64,000 bases of DNA, taken from positions 45,328,401 through 45,392,400 of the forward strand of contig CM120641.1 in assembly GCA_051362555.1 (NCBI GenBank), read 5' to 3'. A program made the position numbers and the translations under genes. Source of the DNA: Lingula anatina. Taxonomy: Eukaryota > Animalia > Brachiopoda. Positions 51,041 to 64,000 of this stretch are shown here, piece after piece; position 1 is the first letter of the stretch, and each line of letters opens with the position of its first letter. Under the pieces are notes generated by a model, which saw only the letters and a list, made by a program, of their open reading frames with translations, searched no databases and was not told the origin of the DNA.

Positions 51041-54000
51041 CTAGTTGTTGAATGTCATAGTGTTTCCTGAAACATTTATCTTAGATGGATCAAAAGGCTG
51101 TCCTTTGAATGGGGAACCCTCAGCATCCCATGCTTTCTTCAGCATATCATTGACTTTCTGAAAGGAGACAAAAAAGATTGTGTCACACAAGATTTGACTT
51201 TCCTTTCCTTTCCTCATTTAGTGTTTTATCATTCTCTTGCTGATGCACATAATACTAGGTTATATTTTTAGTTACAAGATGATAAACAAATTTTGGGTTC
51301 CCAAACTAAAACTACAAACACGTTAGGAACCAGTAAAAAAAAAAACTTTCAATGTTTCACAAGTCAGCTTCTTCAGAGAATGAGCGCACAGGCCTTTACC
51401 CAAGTGTCTTTGGTCCTCGTTCATTGAAGATGGTGCCTTGGAAGACAGAGAAGTAACATATGCACAACTCTAAGTTCAGATTTTGTTTTGAAGAAATTAT
51501 TATTTAGACATTATTAATTAGTAAGTTTAGTAATTTTGATAAAATGTACAATGATGAACAATGACCCCTTTTTGAAAAAATTAGAAAAAAAAAACAGGCC
51601 AAATGTAATAGTCATTCTTGCAGACTAAATTTTAAACATGGACCAGCACCACTTTCTTTCCCTCTCTCACCTGTTCCTCACTGGTGGGCAGTCCCATCCT
51701 CTTTCTTTGTTCATTGTACATCATCTCTCCAACTTTGGATTGTGCTTCTTCATCTAGGTCAGTGATTGGACGAGAAGGGTCAATCTTCCGCGTGCTAATT
51801 TTGGGTTCCCCGACTAAAACTGCTTCCCACCATCTTTCTTGAACTTTTTCTAAGTTTATCTACAGGAAATTATGGAATCATAAGTAAATTTAATGCTATC
51901 TATCTCAAATTTTCAAGCATTCTTCATTCATTTATCTAAAATAGGTAAACAGGCAGTTCTTCTTTGATAATATTGAGTGAACCCAGGAAAAATTGATGAT
52001 TGATAATTCTGAATTTTTAAAAAGAATGGCTACTTTACACAGACTTTTATTATATCTTAAAAACACAAATTGATCCAACTCTACAGGGACTCTCACTGAA
52101 TCCAATCAAATTAACACACCTCCTCCTGTGATTGAGTAGAATACAGAAAAGCTGGTGACTATACCAGTATGTTGAAAACAAGAGGAGGGATGTTTATCCG
52201 ACTGCATTCAGTGAGAGTCCCCGCAGAGTTGGATTGATCTACATAGAACTATAGTTTCATTGGGAATCAGCCCTTACATGCACATGCTGCCCTGGCACAA
52301 GTGTCCATATTGATTCCTGCTTATTTATGTCCCAAGTAAGATCTTCATTGATGACATCTACCATCATGCCATCTGGGTCTCTGAACGCCACATGGAGATG
52401 TTTTTTCTGGATGTCAACTTTTACATCTCTACCCTTTAGTATGAAATTTGGCACCTGGAAAATAAGAAATGTTGGTGGTGAAAAACTCTTAAGAACTGAA
52501 CATATTGTTTTTTAATTCAACATATGGAATTAAAGTATATTCATTTACGTCTCCTCAATCTAATTCATCAATGTCACCCAATCTAAGTTGGCAAGTCTGA
52601 CTATAGGTATGTAATTAAATCACATACGACACATGATTTGAACCATTCTTTTCATATGTGATTAGTAGTCAAGCTGCCAACTGTGGCCATTTTATGTATA
52701 TTCTAGACATTATCTATGATCAATCCCCATTATTTTCAATGAGTTTCAGAGATTCCCAGTAATGATAGAAGCATGGTAGTGGTGTAGGGTAGTATCCAGT
52801 AGACTTTGAACCTCAGGGTGATTTTTAAAAAGATCTACACTTCTGAGGGCTGTAATGTTGGTAACCCTGACATTGAAGTAAAAACAAAAACATATTATTT
52901 CAGTAAAATTACCTTCACTCTCACATCTAAGTCTGTTATTGACTGTGTCCAACTGTACCTATCTCTGATAGCACCGTTATAACTCTCTGGGTTGGACTGG
53001 AAGATCTTCTGCATTCTGATATCATATAAAACAGAAATATTATTCTATTTGAAGGAAGTTAAGAAACAGATTGTTATATATTGATGCTCATCTAATCATA
53101 TATGAGGAAATATATAACGGATCGTAAATATTGTTTCTCATCATATTTCTAAGACAGGAATTTTTTAAATGTTTAACTTTAACAAACCAATTTATTTTAG
53201 ATTCCAATAAAGAACCATTCTTTGGGCTCATTCCCAATGACACTATCTTTCTACATGGATCAATCCAACTCTGCAGGGTTTCTCACTGAATGCAATCAGA
53301 TTAACACGCATCTTCTTGTTTCCAACGAACTTGTATGATCACCAGCTTTTCCTTATTCTACTGAACATGAGGATCAGGGGTGTTACTCTATTCATCTGAC
53401 TGCATTCAGCGAGTTGGATCAATCTAAGTACCAATGTTTTATACCCACCTTGTCTGTTCTAGATCCTCGTCTTGTTCCTCCATGTTCACATCTCCTGCTG
53501 CCTCTGCCATCTCCTCCTGGCCGTGGTCACCCTGTCCTGTGTCAACTGTCACCTCTTCTGCTACCTGTGGTAAACAGGGCTCATTTGGAGTGTCCTGGGG
53601 CTTTGGACTGGAGACCTCATCCCCATTTTGTTCTTCTGAAAAAATTATGATAAACATATATTTAATTTATAAATAATAACTTTTTTTTTCTTTTACTTGT
53701 GTTGGTATCATCCCGATCTCTTTCCCTGAAAAAGTGGCAATTCAATGAAACAACATTATTTATTGTATTCTTTATTATTCATCTGAAAACACAACAGACT
53801 ATGGAAAATAAGATTTCTGTCCATCAGTTTTTGTGTGTGGGGGGGGGTACCACTTTTCATTTTTCTCTGCAAAAACAAAACAACCAACAGAAAAATAGAA
53901 CTATTTGTAAAATAGAACTATGGTAGTATCAACCTCATTTTAATCTCTGACAAAACAACGATTAACTGAAAAATAAGATTTTTGTTTAACTTTGTGGTGG

Positions 54001-55681
54001 TATCATCCATATATGGCTTCCTTAAACCTGATTTTCAAAAACTGACAACGTTGGTTGTATTGGAAAAATTTTGAAGTTTCTCAAAAGGTCTATGTTCTAT
54101 TTTTTTCCATTTTTAACTACAGTACCTGCTTCTTCTGTAATAGCCCCCATTTTTTGTTCCTTCAATCTTTGTTTGGCTTCAATCAATTTTTGTCTTTTCT
54201 CTTCATCTTTTTTTGCTTTATCTGCATATTTCTGATAGGCCTGTGAATGAAAAAATTTGTGTTAATTTTGAATAATATGAGAATGTTCTTGATATTTGAC
54301 ATAAAACACTACATGTTTAATTGTTTTATAAGAATTAATCAAACAAGGAAAATACTGCCTTGAGGAATAAATAAAGAAATAAGCAAATAAATACATTCAT
54401 GGAATTAAAATAAAATGAATTCTGTATCATGACATTGTTCCCATTTGTAAATGAAGATGGAATAGTTTCTAATCTTTTTACCCTGAGAACGTGCTGTACA
54501 GCAATGCCTTCTGGGAAGCCTAGCTTATCTTCCTTGCTCTTCATGATCCTGTAGAAATCAGTCCTGAAACATAATAATAATAAGAATAACATATAAATAA
54601 AATACAACTCACATTATTTCAGATCTGTAATGATTATATTTCAACGCATTTCCAAAAAAGCCATATGCTACCTGTTTGGTGCCGCACATGCAAGATAAAC
54701 CTTGGCCAAATACTTTTAAGTTAAAACTTCTTTAAATATGCATAGGGAAAAGTCATCTATTTTACTGCCTTGTGTCAATACTATGACTGATTTAAAACAA
54801 AATATCTGAGATGGCTAGAAACATCCCTCTATTTGGCTATAACAAATAGAATTTTGGAGTCAGTCTATTCAACCTTTATATATACAGGTACATGTATACA
54901 TGTACTGTACTGTATATACCAGTAGGGTGTACAATTTGACCCCTACATTTTGCTTTTTCTGACAAAATGACAGATAAGTGCATGGCAAGATCTTAAATAT
55001 CCTTCCTGGTACTTAAATGTGTTTTAACAATTTGTTTACAAATCCTCACCATATCTGGAAAGCATCAAACATTCAATAAAGTTTAATTATTGGTGTGAGA
55101 AATAACTTCCCTAAAATTATTAAGTTATAAGGAAGCAAATTCTTTATAAACACTCAAAGGTATTCTGCACAAGTGAAACTTATTCAAAACAAGTTATAAA
55201 CATATCAAAATGGAAAGCAAAAGAAATGTCATTTAATTCACATTCTATCAAGTTAAATTTGATAACCATACACTAACTGTACTGGTATCTCTGACTGGTA
55301 CCAGTGTTGGAGTTTTTTCTTTCCTCAGATAAAGGCCGTACTCTGTTTCATGCTTACTGCTGGCAAGCACAGAACATAGTAAGGCCCATTCTTACAGAAC
55401 ACTGATGCAAATTTCTATATGATGTTGGATGTGATGAATCGTTACTACTAGTACATGTTATTTTTGTTACATTTGTCATACATTCAAAACACTGTAGTAA
55501 CAGTAAAAGAAGTTAACGTTATTTACAATCTTACATTTCTTGTCAATACTTTACATGCCTCTCTACGAAAGACTCACCTTCTATAAAGAAACCCCATTAT
55601 AACATCAATGAAATTCGCCAAGGACCCTTCATTTTGAAGGATTCCTAGCAGCGCAGTGTCGTACTGTTCCTGCAACGCCAT
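51041..55681 (-). CDS. NUDCD3: NudC domain-containing protein 3, 8 exons
   Basis: Exons ~55681-55578, 54563-54482, 54240-54127, 53635-53449, 53015-52913, 52454-52278, 51859-51671 and 51157-51041. Motifs YDTALLGILQNEG..FLYRRTDFY, QSNPESYNGAIRDRYSWTQ (CS/p23 domain), LEKVQERWW, MLKKAWDAEGSPFKGQPFDPS. Confidence 0.93.
52070..52240. mobile_element. Short MITE, copy 1 (NUDCD3 intron 6)
   Basis: Inverted ends ATCCAACTCT.C.GGGACTCTCACTGAAT / ATTCAGTGAGAGTCCC.G.AGAGTTGGAT; second copy at 53257-53426. Confidence 0.8.
53257..53426. mobile_element. Short MITE, copy 2 (NUDCD3 intron 4), inverted relative to copy 1
   Basis: Same termini. Its interior TCACCAGCTTTTC...ATTCTA is the reverse complement of the copy 1 interior TAGAAT...GAAAAGCTGGTGA. 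Confidence 0.78.
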
Positions 55682-55740
55682 TTTCGTGACCTATTTATGG
55701 TGCTATATTTAGCCTGGAAGACGAAACTAGGTCAAGTACC
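55682..55740. promoter_or_regulatory. Minimal bidirectional promoter / overlapping 5' region of NUDCD3 and PGAP1
   Basis: Only 59 bp between the two divergent ATGs; symmetric TGACCTA (55687-55693) and TAGGTCA (55728-55734). Confidence 0.6.
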
Positions 55741-58700
55741 ATGGCTGAACCGCTAACCAGAGACATCCTGCTTTGGTGTGTGTTATTTGCACTTGGATTG
55801 CACGATTTTCTCACAAATTTTGAGGAAAATGGTTGTGAGATGACGTATATGTTCCAGTACCCGCAATATACGGTATGTTTGCTGTGATTTTTTCACAATA
55901 TTACGTCTGCAAATCTGCTTCAGGGTCAGTCGACTTCTGTCCCATGGCCATGCATTTATCAATCAATGGCTAGACATGTCCTAGATTTTGACCTTCAGTG
56001 CCAATGTATCTGAAAATTATAACATTGTGCAGTGAGCTTATAATATGACTATCAACATCTTGCCGTCGTTGTTTTCCCTGTTCGTTTCTTTTTAGAGGGG
56101 ATGTAAAATTTATTTTTTTATAAAATCAAGTGAGAACATACATGTACAGTTAATTCATACTAGGCTAGCTATGATAATTTACAGGTCATCTGATGCAATG
56201 GTGATATTGGCACATATATTTCCAGTAGCTTTATGTTTAATCATAAACTTACAAGTACTATTTAAAACTGATCATAATCATATCATGTGAAATAATCAGC
56301 TTTTCACTTTTTTTTTTTTACCTCAGTGTTGTTGTTTCCTGCAGATGTCATTATTCAATATATTTACTTCATTAATAATTTAATTGCTATCACCTTTCAG
56401 AAAATCAACCTCAAAAAGAATGTTAAAGAAAAATTCCCGAGATATGATTTGTACATATATGGCGAAGGGTAAGTATAAAATTGTAATTTTAAGTGCCGTT
56501 TTTTGTTACATACATTGTTTCAACTCAATGTAATACCATTTTCTTCAAATAGGTTAAGTGTTCACCAATAACAACTTTTCAATAAATAAGAATGATATTG
56601 ATTTTTAATTAGATTCGATGTTTTCTTGTTTTTATTGAAATATCCTTGTTTATATTTCATTTCATACATTTCAGTGAATATGCAGTGAAACTAAGGTAAA
56701 TGTTGTTTATTTGACAATAATGTTAGTTTTTTTTTCATTTTAAATCACTTTATTTTCCTTTTCAAATAGCCTGTAATAGTTAATGTGTCATAGGCATGTG
56801 AGACAAAATTCTTTCTGGTGCAAATTCTGTAAAATATTAATAAATTAGCATTTTCAGTAATGAAAGATAAATATTGAAGTATTGCCCACCATATTCATAT
56901 ATTCTTATAATTTTCTGAGGTAGCGTGATAAATGGAACGATTTTCTTGAATCTCACAGGTGAATAAAAAGAATTTGTATTGAGTCAAACCTGGTTCGGGC
57001 CAGAAACATTGCCATGTAGAAAGTGGTGTGAACTCACAGACACATTGAGCTGTTTCTCTATTTTTACATTTTCATTACTTACTTCTTTTGCTTGTAAACA
57101 TACAGCCATACACATATGGAGGTTTAAAAATAAAAAGCTGCAATTGAAGCTCAGGCACGCAAAAAGTAAAATTCATTAAAATTTATAGGGGTTAAGTTTT
57201 TGTGACATATCGGTACGTACATAGATATGAAGTTTGATGAATTTTTTTATCCACCTAATATGTCATGCTTCTGGAATTATGATAATTATAATGTGTATAA
57301 ATATTCTGTTCCATTTAAAGGAGTCTGAAGTTGACTGGAATCCCAGTGTTGTTTATACCTGGCAATGCTGGCAGCTATAAACAAGGTATTTGTTCATGTG
57401 CGGGTTTATGTCTCAGCCTTTATTATCCTGACGCTTGGCTGACAGGGTTAATTTAATTTAATTTAATTTGATTAAAAGCATTGGACTGATAAAAGAGAAT
57501 AAGGATTTAGAACTTTTATGACACTGATAATTATTATTTAACAACATACTCAGGATAGGTTATGTTACAGTATGCATAATTTGTAGATCTACTGGTATTG
57601 TTTGACATGTAATTAACAATATGGTTGATGTTAAACATGGGATCCACAATGAATAATTGCCTAGAATATATGAAATACACAGTGTTGGCACCCTGGATAC
57701 TTATTGCAAAAAGAAAACATATAACATAAATAATGCAGACTACACATAACTCATCACCTTATAACTTGAATTATCATTTATCTGAAATAAACTTTACAGT
57801 ACCAACTTTTTCTTTGGTAACATTGTAGCGAAATTTTATTTGAAATTGAATCTTTGCATAAACTTGACAATGTTTCCAGTTCCAAGGTCCATGTTATGTG
57901 ATTACTACTAATACTATATACATTATGTGTATCTGACCATGAGGATATAAAATATAATATATTCTTGTACTTTTTTAGTGCCAAATTTTTCTGTTTTAGT
58001 GAGGTCCTTGGCATCAGTTGCATTGCAGAAGTCCAACACTAGGAAAGACAACATCCACTTCAACTACTTCTCAGTTGATTTAAATGAGGTGGGTACTTCT
58101 TGCTTGTACACAACTTAATATATGTGCTCACATAAGGTTGACAAGTCATTAAGCTAAGTATTTGGATAATTGTAACCAAAAACAGAATTTAGAGAAAAGT
58201 CATTGGTATTTTCTGTAAATCTCATTGTAATATATTTTTTTAAATTTTAAGCCAATTTAGATTTTGTTCAGCAGTTTGCTAAAGCTCAGTATATGCTAGA
58301 GTGTAGGATTGCTCGACTGTAAGTTGTAGGCTACAACAAAAGTCATTTTTAGTATTTAATATTTTTTATCTGGGAAATATTTTTTTTTTAATTTGAATAT
58401 ACATAACCATTCATTATGCAAATTTTCTGTTCCAGGAAATGTCTGGAATATATGGGGGAGTTCTTCAAGACCAAACAGGTGAGAACAATGTATTGGACCC
58501 AGTTTCACACATAATTTTAAAACTAAAAAACTTGAGTTCATTTGTTGAATAGACCCTGGTGTTGTATGGTGTAATTCAAATATGTATGTTACATGGCATT
58601 TTTGCTCTTTATTTAATGCTCAGTCACCGAGATCTGTTTGAAAATCAAATTCTCTTTATACATATTTACTACATATTTATTTCACTGTGGTAACATTACA

Positions 58701-61700
58701 TCTATGAACAGAGTTTGACATCACTCAATATTGTGCTGTTACCTTAGATTTATAATACATGTATGTTATAGGGTTATGCAATCTGTAAGAGAAATAAAAC
58801 CTCTTTCATTTCAGAATTTGTTCACGAATGTATAAAGGCCATACTGAAACTGTACAAGTCCTCAACTCATATACCTGATAGTGTTGTTGTAGTGGGCCAT
58901 TCTATGGTAAGGGATTTTTGCTTTTTTTCATGTCCTGATTCTTGTTCAAAATTACTTTCCTTTTGTCACAGATAAGTCTACAGCACAACTCTCTCTCTTT
59001 TCTATCATATAATTATTCAAAGATTATCATATCGGTAATAAAATTTAAATAAATTTGTAGGGTATACTGTTTAGGAAAATTTGGAAAATTAAAATGGTAA
59101 TTTTGAAGAACATCGGGATACATAAATTTTATTTGTTTGGGAAGAATGCTATAATATTTCTTTATTTCTAATTTTATAAAAATACCAATGGAATTCATCT
59201 TTAGTTCATCTTTGAAGAAATACAACAATTTCTATTTATATGTATTTTTAGGGAGGAATGGTCGCCAGAGGTTTGTTTACTCTACCTGGCTTTGATCCCA
59301 AACTGGTTCATTTGATCATCACCCAGGCAACGCCACATAGGAGCCCAGGTAAAATATTTAAGATGTACTGATGACTCTAGTCTTCTATTTATTTGCCATG
59401 AGTGATTAAAAAGGTTTAACATTTTGCTGTCTTATTGTATGTTAAGTGCATTATACAATTCCTAAACTATAATGTCATATTTCATTTAATGATTTCATGT
59501 AATAACCCTTTATCAAATTTAATTGTTTTCTGTTCGCAAGGAGGACAATTTCTCTCTTCATTCTTTCTTTTTGAAATACTTCGTTAAAGTTTTGTTAAAA
59601 TTGCTTAATACTCATATTTTATATGATTTATGTTGATGATTATTTTATTTTTACCAGTGATAGATATAGATATACGCCAGAGTGAGTTTTATGACAGAGT
59701 GAATGGATACTGGCGGGATAATATGAATGGCAGTTTGAAGGATGTGACAGTCTTCTCCACTGGGGGTGGATACAGGGATATCCTAGTCAGGAATAGACTC
59801 ACTAGTTTAGATGGAGTAAGACATTTACATTAAGCAAACGTGGTCCATGCTGTTAATCACAAGAACATATTCAAGTCAAAGCATATTGTCTAGTACATGA
59901 AAAATTTCCTAGTGATACCATGTAATATTTAATAAAGTGCATGAAGGATTATTTTGTAATTGATTTGTAATTTGTTTATAATAGACAAAATTAATATATT
60001 TGCTTTTCCTATTTTTGCAGATTATTCCAGAGGAAAGGAGCATCAGTTCCCAGGTAAGAAAACCTCATTGTTCTGTCAGAAGTGAGATGGTGTTTTAAGT
60101 TTGAGATGCTTTTAGAAATTTAATTCCTTTGATTGAAAGGGATGATATTTTTGTTGTTAGATATGCTTTGGCACATTTTTTTTTGCATGTACTAGGTTAT
60201 TTGTTCTTTTATTATCTTGTTTTAGATATCTGATTCTTTTTTCTTAGTTATTTTATTTTATATCACTGCATTAGCATACAGACACAGGTTGGCAGTACAA
60301 AAAATTATTGAAATTACCAAATCAAAGTACATTTGTAATGCAGCATAAGGTGACACAGTCTGTGTGAGAAATGAAGTTTGTATCACTAAAGCTTTGTGGT
60401 GTTTATTGCAGACCATGTCAGTGCCTAAAGCCTGGGTGTCAACAGATCATCTGTGCATTGTGTGGTTTGTATTTGTTTCAGTTTTGTTGGAATTTTCACA
60501 AACAGAAAAAAGAAAGTATTGTTATTTTGTTTTTGATGAAACATTTATTATTGGATATAGTGTAAAAGTAGTGCTCATCTGATATGTAATCATTTTTGTA
60601 AGCCTTGAATTTCATTTTGATTTTTCTCAGATTTGTAAATTGGAAACTGATTAAATAATTAATAAATTAATGAAAAAATGAATAAATTAATGTATTTATT
60701 TATTTATTTGTTGTTTTCTGTAGGTGCAAGCAGACGGTATTGGTCACCAAGAGAGCCATGTTTGATGTCATTGATACCAAGAAAAGACAGGTATACACAC
60801 TTAAAATTATACATCTTTAGATAATACAGATACACTATCAAAAGCAACAGTGACAGAAAAATTTCACAAAACAAAGAACAAAATAGAACCTAATTGGTTT
60901 CACCACTCTCGTCATTAGTTCATACATGTACCTGCTCGAAATGAATGAACTATTAGTCAAGTAGAAGAAATATCTAGATGTCACAGTGTAAGCTGCATGC
61001 CTAAGTCAAATTTTAATTGTGTTTTTCATTAATTTTTTAACCAAATTATTTCCATCATCATTATTGCCTTGCTTGGTATTCATACCTTTGTATTTGTTTT
61101 GGTATGTCTGGTATCAGATAACCAGAGATGTTGACCACAAGGTGGCAGTGTTTAGGCACCATTTTGTGCACCACTCTGGCACCAAGAAGAGCCCTGGTGT
61201 GGCCACTGCTGCCAGCACCACAGTCAAACTGAATACAAAGACCAAGTGGGAGGTCAAGAAGCAGAAATCCTGGAACTTTTTCAGGGATATTGTAAGTATA
61301 ATAGATTAAAAACAGATATAAAGAATGATAAATGTGGTAGTGTTTAAAATCAGGAAAGCGTAACCCCATTTACATGTACATACATTATTAAACTGCCAGA
61401 CTATAGTTTTCAAATAAATTATCAAATCCAATAGGTCTGTGATCCTAAAATCATGTGTAGTTTCCTTTAATGCTTTATAAAGACTGGGAAAAGAAATTTG
61501 TGTAGAAATGTAAACTGTAAGAAAAATGAAATATGCTTTTAATCTTGTGGTTAATGCTCTGTTATATGTTATGAAGCTTTTAATATGACTCTTCAAGACA
61601 TATTTATACTGTTTCTTATAATTCTTCTCTTTTTCTCTCTTTTTAGAGCAAGTCAACCAGATATCTAGTTGTTCCTGTTCAGAAAGAAAAATCATTTGTA

Positions 61701-63600
61701 GCTGTCAGTAATGTGGTAGGTGAACTGGAACAATATTACCGAGTCCGTAAATTTCATAGACAGACTGGTTTGAGAGGAAACTAAACTTATTTTCAGTTAA
61801 TAAAAGAAATTCTCAAAACTGGACGTTTTGATTATTTTAATTAATGAAAATGAACATAAATTTTGATGTAAATTTATCTGTGTTGTCTTTTGATTATATT
61901 ATAAGCTTAAAGTTTTTAAATATGTACACTATCTTGAGCTGTAACTCACAAAACTTTGGATCACTATGTAACTTCCCTCATTTTGTGTTATAATGAGACT
62001 GAACACTTTTCACTAATGTCTCAGTGATATTGCTGTCCCATGTATGTGTGACAATTGGACTTGAATTGTTGATTTTTTATGTGTTGTTGAAGTTTGTGAG
62101 TATATGACTTGAGTGTCTTTGTAGGATTTGGAAGACTGGATTATTGGTTGTACAGCAGATGCAAATGGCAGTTGGTAAATACAGATATAATATTTCACTT
62201 CCTTGCCTCATATTTAATATAACCCCCTTTATTGGTGTCTTGCATGGGATATTGTAATGTGTACAGTTTATAAGTGGAAAGCAAATGCTTTGAAGTAAGA
62301 TAGATTATAACAGTTTTAATGTATTCTAGTTGGTTCAGTGGTGAAAGATCCTGCAGTGATATTGCTACAGGTATAGCTGTAGTTGCACACAAAGGACCCC
62401 CACTTTAGGTCAGTCACATAAGATTTTCATACTAGTTGGGACTAGATGTAAAAATATGATGATGATGTCATATAATGAGCAGAAAATCAAAATGAGCATC
62501 TGGTCTTTTAAAAAAATATTATTATTATTATTTATTTCTTTTTAGTTCTGAAGGCATCAGCCTGGCATCAAAGGGTTCATTGATTCCACCCATGAAATCG
62601 GGGAAGAAGGTAATGGTTGTGATTTTTTTATGAAAAGATATAAAATATCAGTATTTGATTGAAGAATTTAATCAAAACAAAAGAGTGGGGTCTTATGCAT
62701 CTTGCTAATGAGTATTTTATCTGACTTGTGACACAGTTCACAATAGATATCGATCGATGGCATTCCTGTATACAACATGTACACCACAATTGGGTCTTTT
62801 GTTATCATTATCTGCCTTGGTATAAAATGCAATATCATCTCATTTTGAGGAATTTCATTGACCGTGATGACATAAAACTACGTGTATGTGAAAATAATCC
62901 TCAGTTGTTTTGATACGTATTGCATCTGTTTGAATTTAATTTGATTGCCTTAGAAGTATTTGCCCACAATTATTTGACCCACTCAGGCTATAGTATATGT
63001 TTTTTTTTATTTGCTTTTGTCAAACAGTATTTTTCAAATATATTTTAACAGATGATATTACTGAAACCAGAAAATATTGAAGGGTTTTCTCACCTGATAT
63101 TGGTAGTACCAAAAGACCAGACATTGGTAAGTTAGTCATCTGCTCTTTAGATGTTCAGTAAGGTTTCCTATGTGTTAGAATTTTAAATATAAAATAACCA
63201 TCATATTCAAAAATCAAAAGAACAGCAAGTTTGTATTACACATGCTTTTTTCCATTCATTTTAACGTAATTAATTTAATAGATTACCAAAACAGAACTAT
63301 AATTGATATGCTTCTTATTTCTTGGCTTTAACCTTATTTAAAATTACTTGCAGGCTGAAATAACTGCAGAATTGTACAACCCTGAAGAAAGAAACATTGC
63401 ATTCGAGCCACCACCATTTTTCCAAAGAGTACTCAAATTGCTAAAAGGTTTTCCAAAAAGCATTATGGAATCTGAACCGTTTTTGGAGTCTACGACCCCA
63501 GGAGCTGTGTTTTATAATGTCAGTCTCCCCAGTCTCTCTATGGTATGGCAGGCTTACGCTGCACAACTTCTGACCATCAACTGTGAGAAGACAGAGTCAG
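55741..63600 (+). CDS. PGAP1: GPI inositol-deacylase (5' part; gene continues beyond the window)
   Basis: Exons include 55741-55871, 56401-56468, 56675-56695, 57321-57385, 58000-58088, 58436-58478, 58815-58906, 59252-59348, 59658-59815, 60021-60053, 60412-60464, 60724-60790, 61118-61291, plus further exons to 63600. Motifs [29 protein letters not shown], lipase GHSMGG (split by an intron), [18 protein letters not shown]. Confidence 0.93.
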
Positions 63601-64000
63601 GTAATGGATTAGTTTTAAAAATCAAACTAATTTAAAGGTAAATGTTGGTTTAAAAACCTGAGATCTTTAATAGATATTAAAGTGGGGGTCAACAGTAAGG
63701 GGAAGCTGATGTGGGTCATTTTCAGGTACATGTTGCCATATTTATAGATTCTTTGGTCTTTTTTTAACTGAGGAGGGAAACTTCTTTGTAAGAAGTGAAA
63801 GCTAATACTTGGGCGTGTAGGAAGCAGACTTAGCTCCCTTTTATTGCTCTCTTTTTTTTCAGCGAACAAAAAAGAAATTAAAAAAAATTCAGAATTATTT
63901 TTGGCAGTAAAAAATATTCAGATTTTTCTTCAATTTTTATTTTGTTTTTGTAAAGAAGAAAAGAATCACAAATTTTGGGTTCGAACATTGGAACTATGAT

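Noticed and set aside
51289-51313. 25-bp intronic near-copy of NUDCD3 exon 7 sequence (AATTTTGGGTTCCC..ACTAAAACT)
   Set aside because: Too short and lacks splice signals; cannot be distinguished from chance or a tiny templated insertion.

Overview
AT-rich, intron-containing eukaryotic (invertebrate-like animal) genomic DNA; there are no prokaryotic operons, CRISPR arrays, rRNA or recognisable tRNA genes. The first ~11 kb is non-coding, with microsatellites and several enhancer-like patches. Next comes an accessory block (11-22 kb): a 5-exon SDR9C-type dehydrogenase, two intronless, divergently oriented GST-fold paralogues with predicted membrane anchors and bacterial-looking motifs, a decayed duplicate of the SDR 3' end, and two MITEs. 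The rest is a compact housekeeping cluster: COX10(-)/RPP21(+), selenoprotein MSRB1(-)/UBFD1(+), a membrane-anchored JmjC/cupin gene(-), a divergent calmodulin-like gene(-), and NUDCD3(-)/PGAP1(+, running off the window). The most notable signals are: (1) the intronless GST-like pair, a horizontal-transfer candidate with a duplication-plus-inversion footprint and a ~180-bp gene-conversion-like tract; (2) MSRB1, with an in-frame UGA, a type-2 SECIS with a non-canonical AGA apical bulge, and an intron-split stop codon; (3) NUDCD3 and PGAP1 start codons only 59 bp apart, each preceded by TAGGTCA. All exon boundaries were read by eye and family assignments come from recalled motifs, not database searches.
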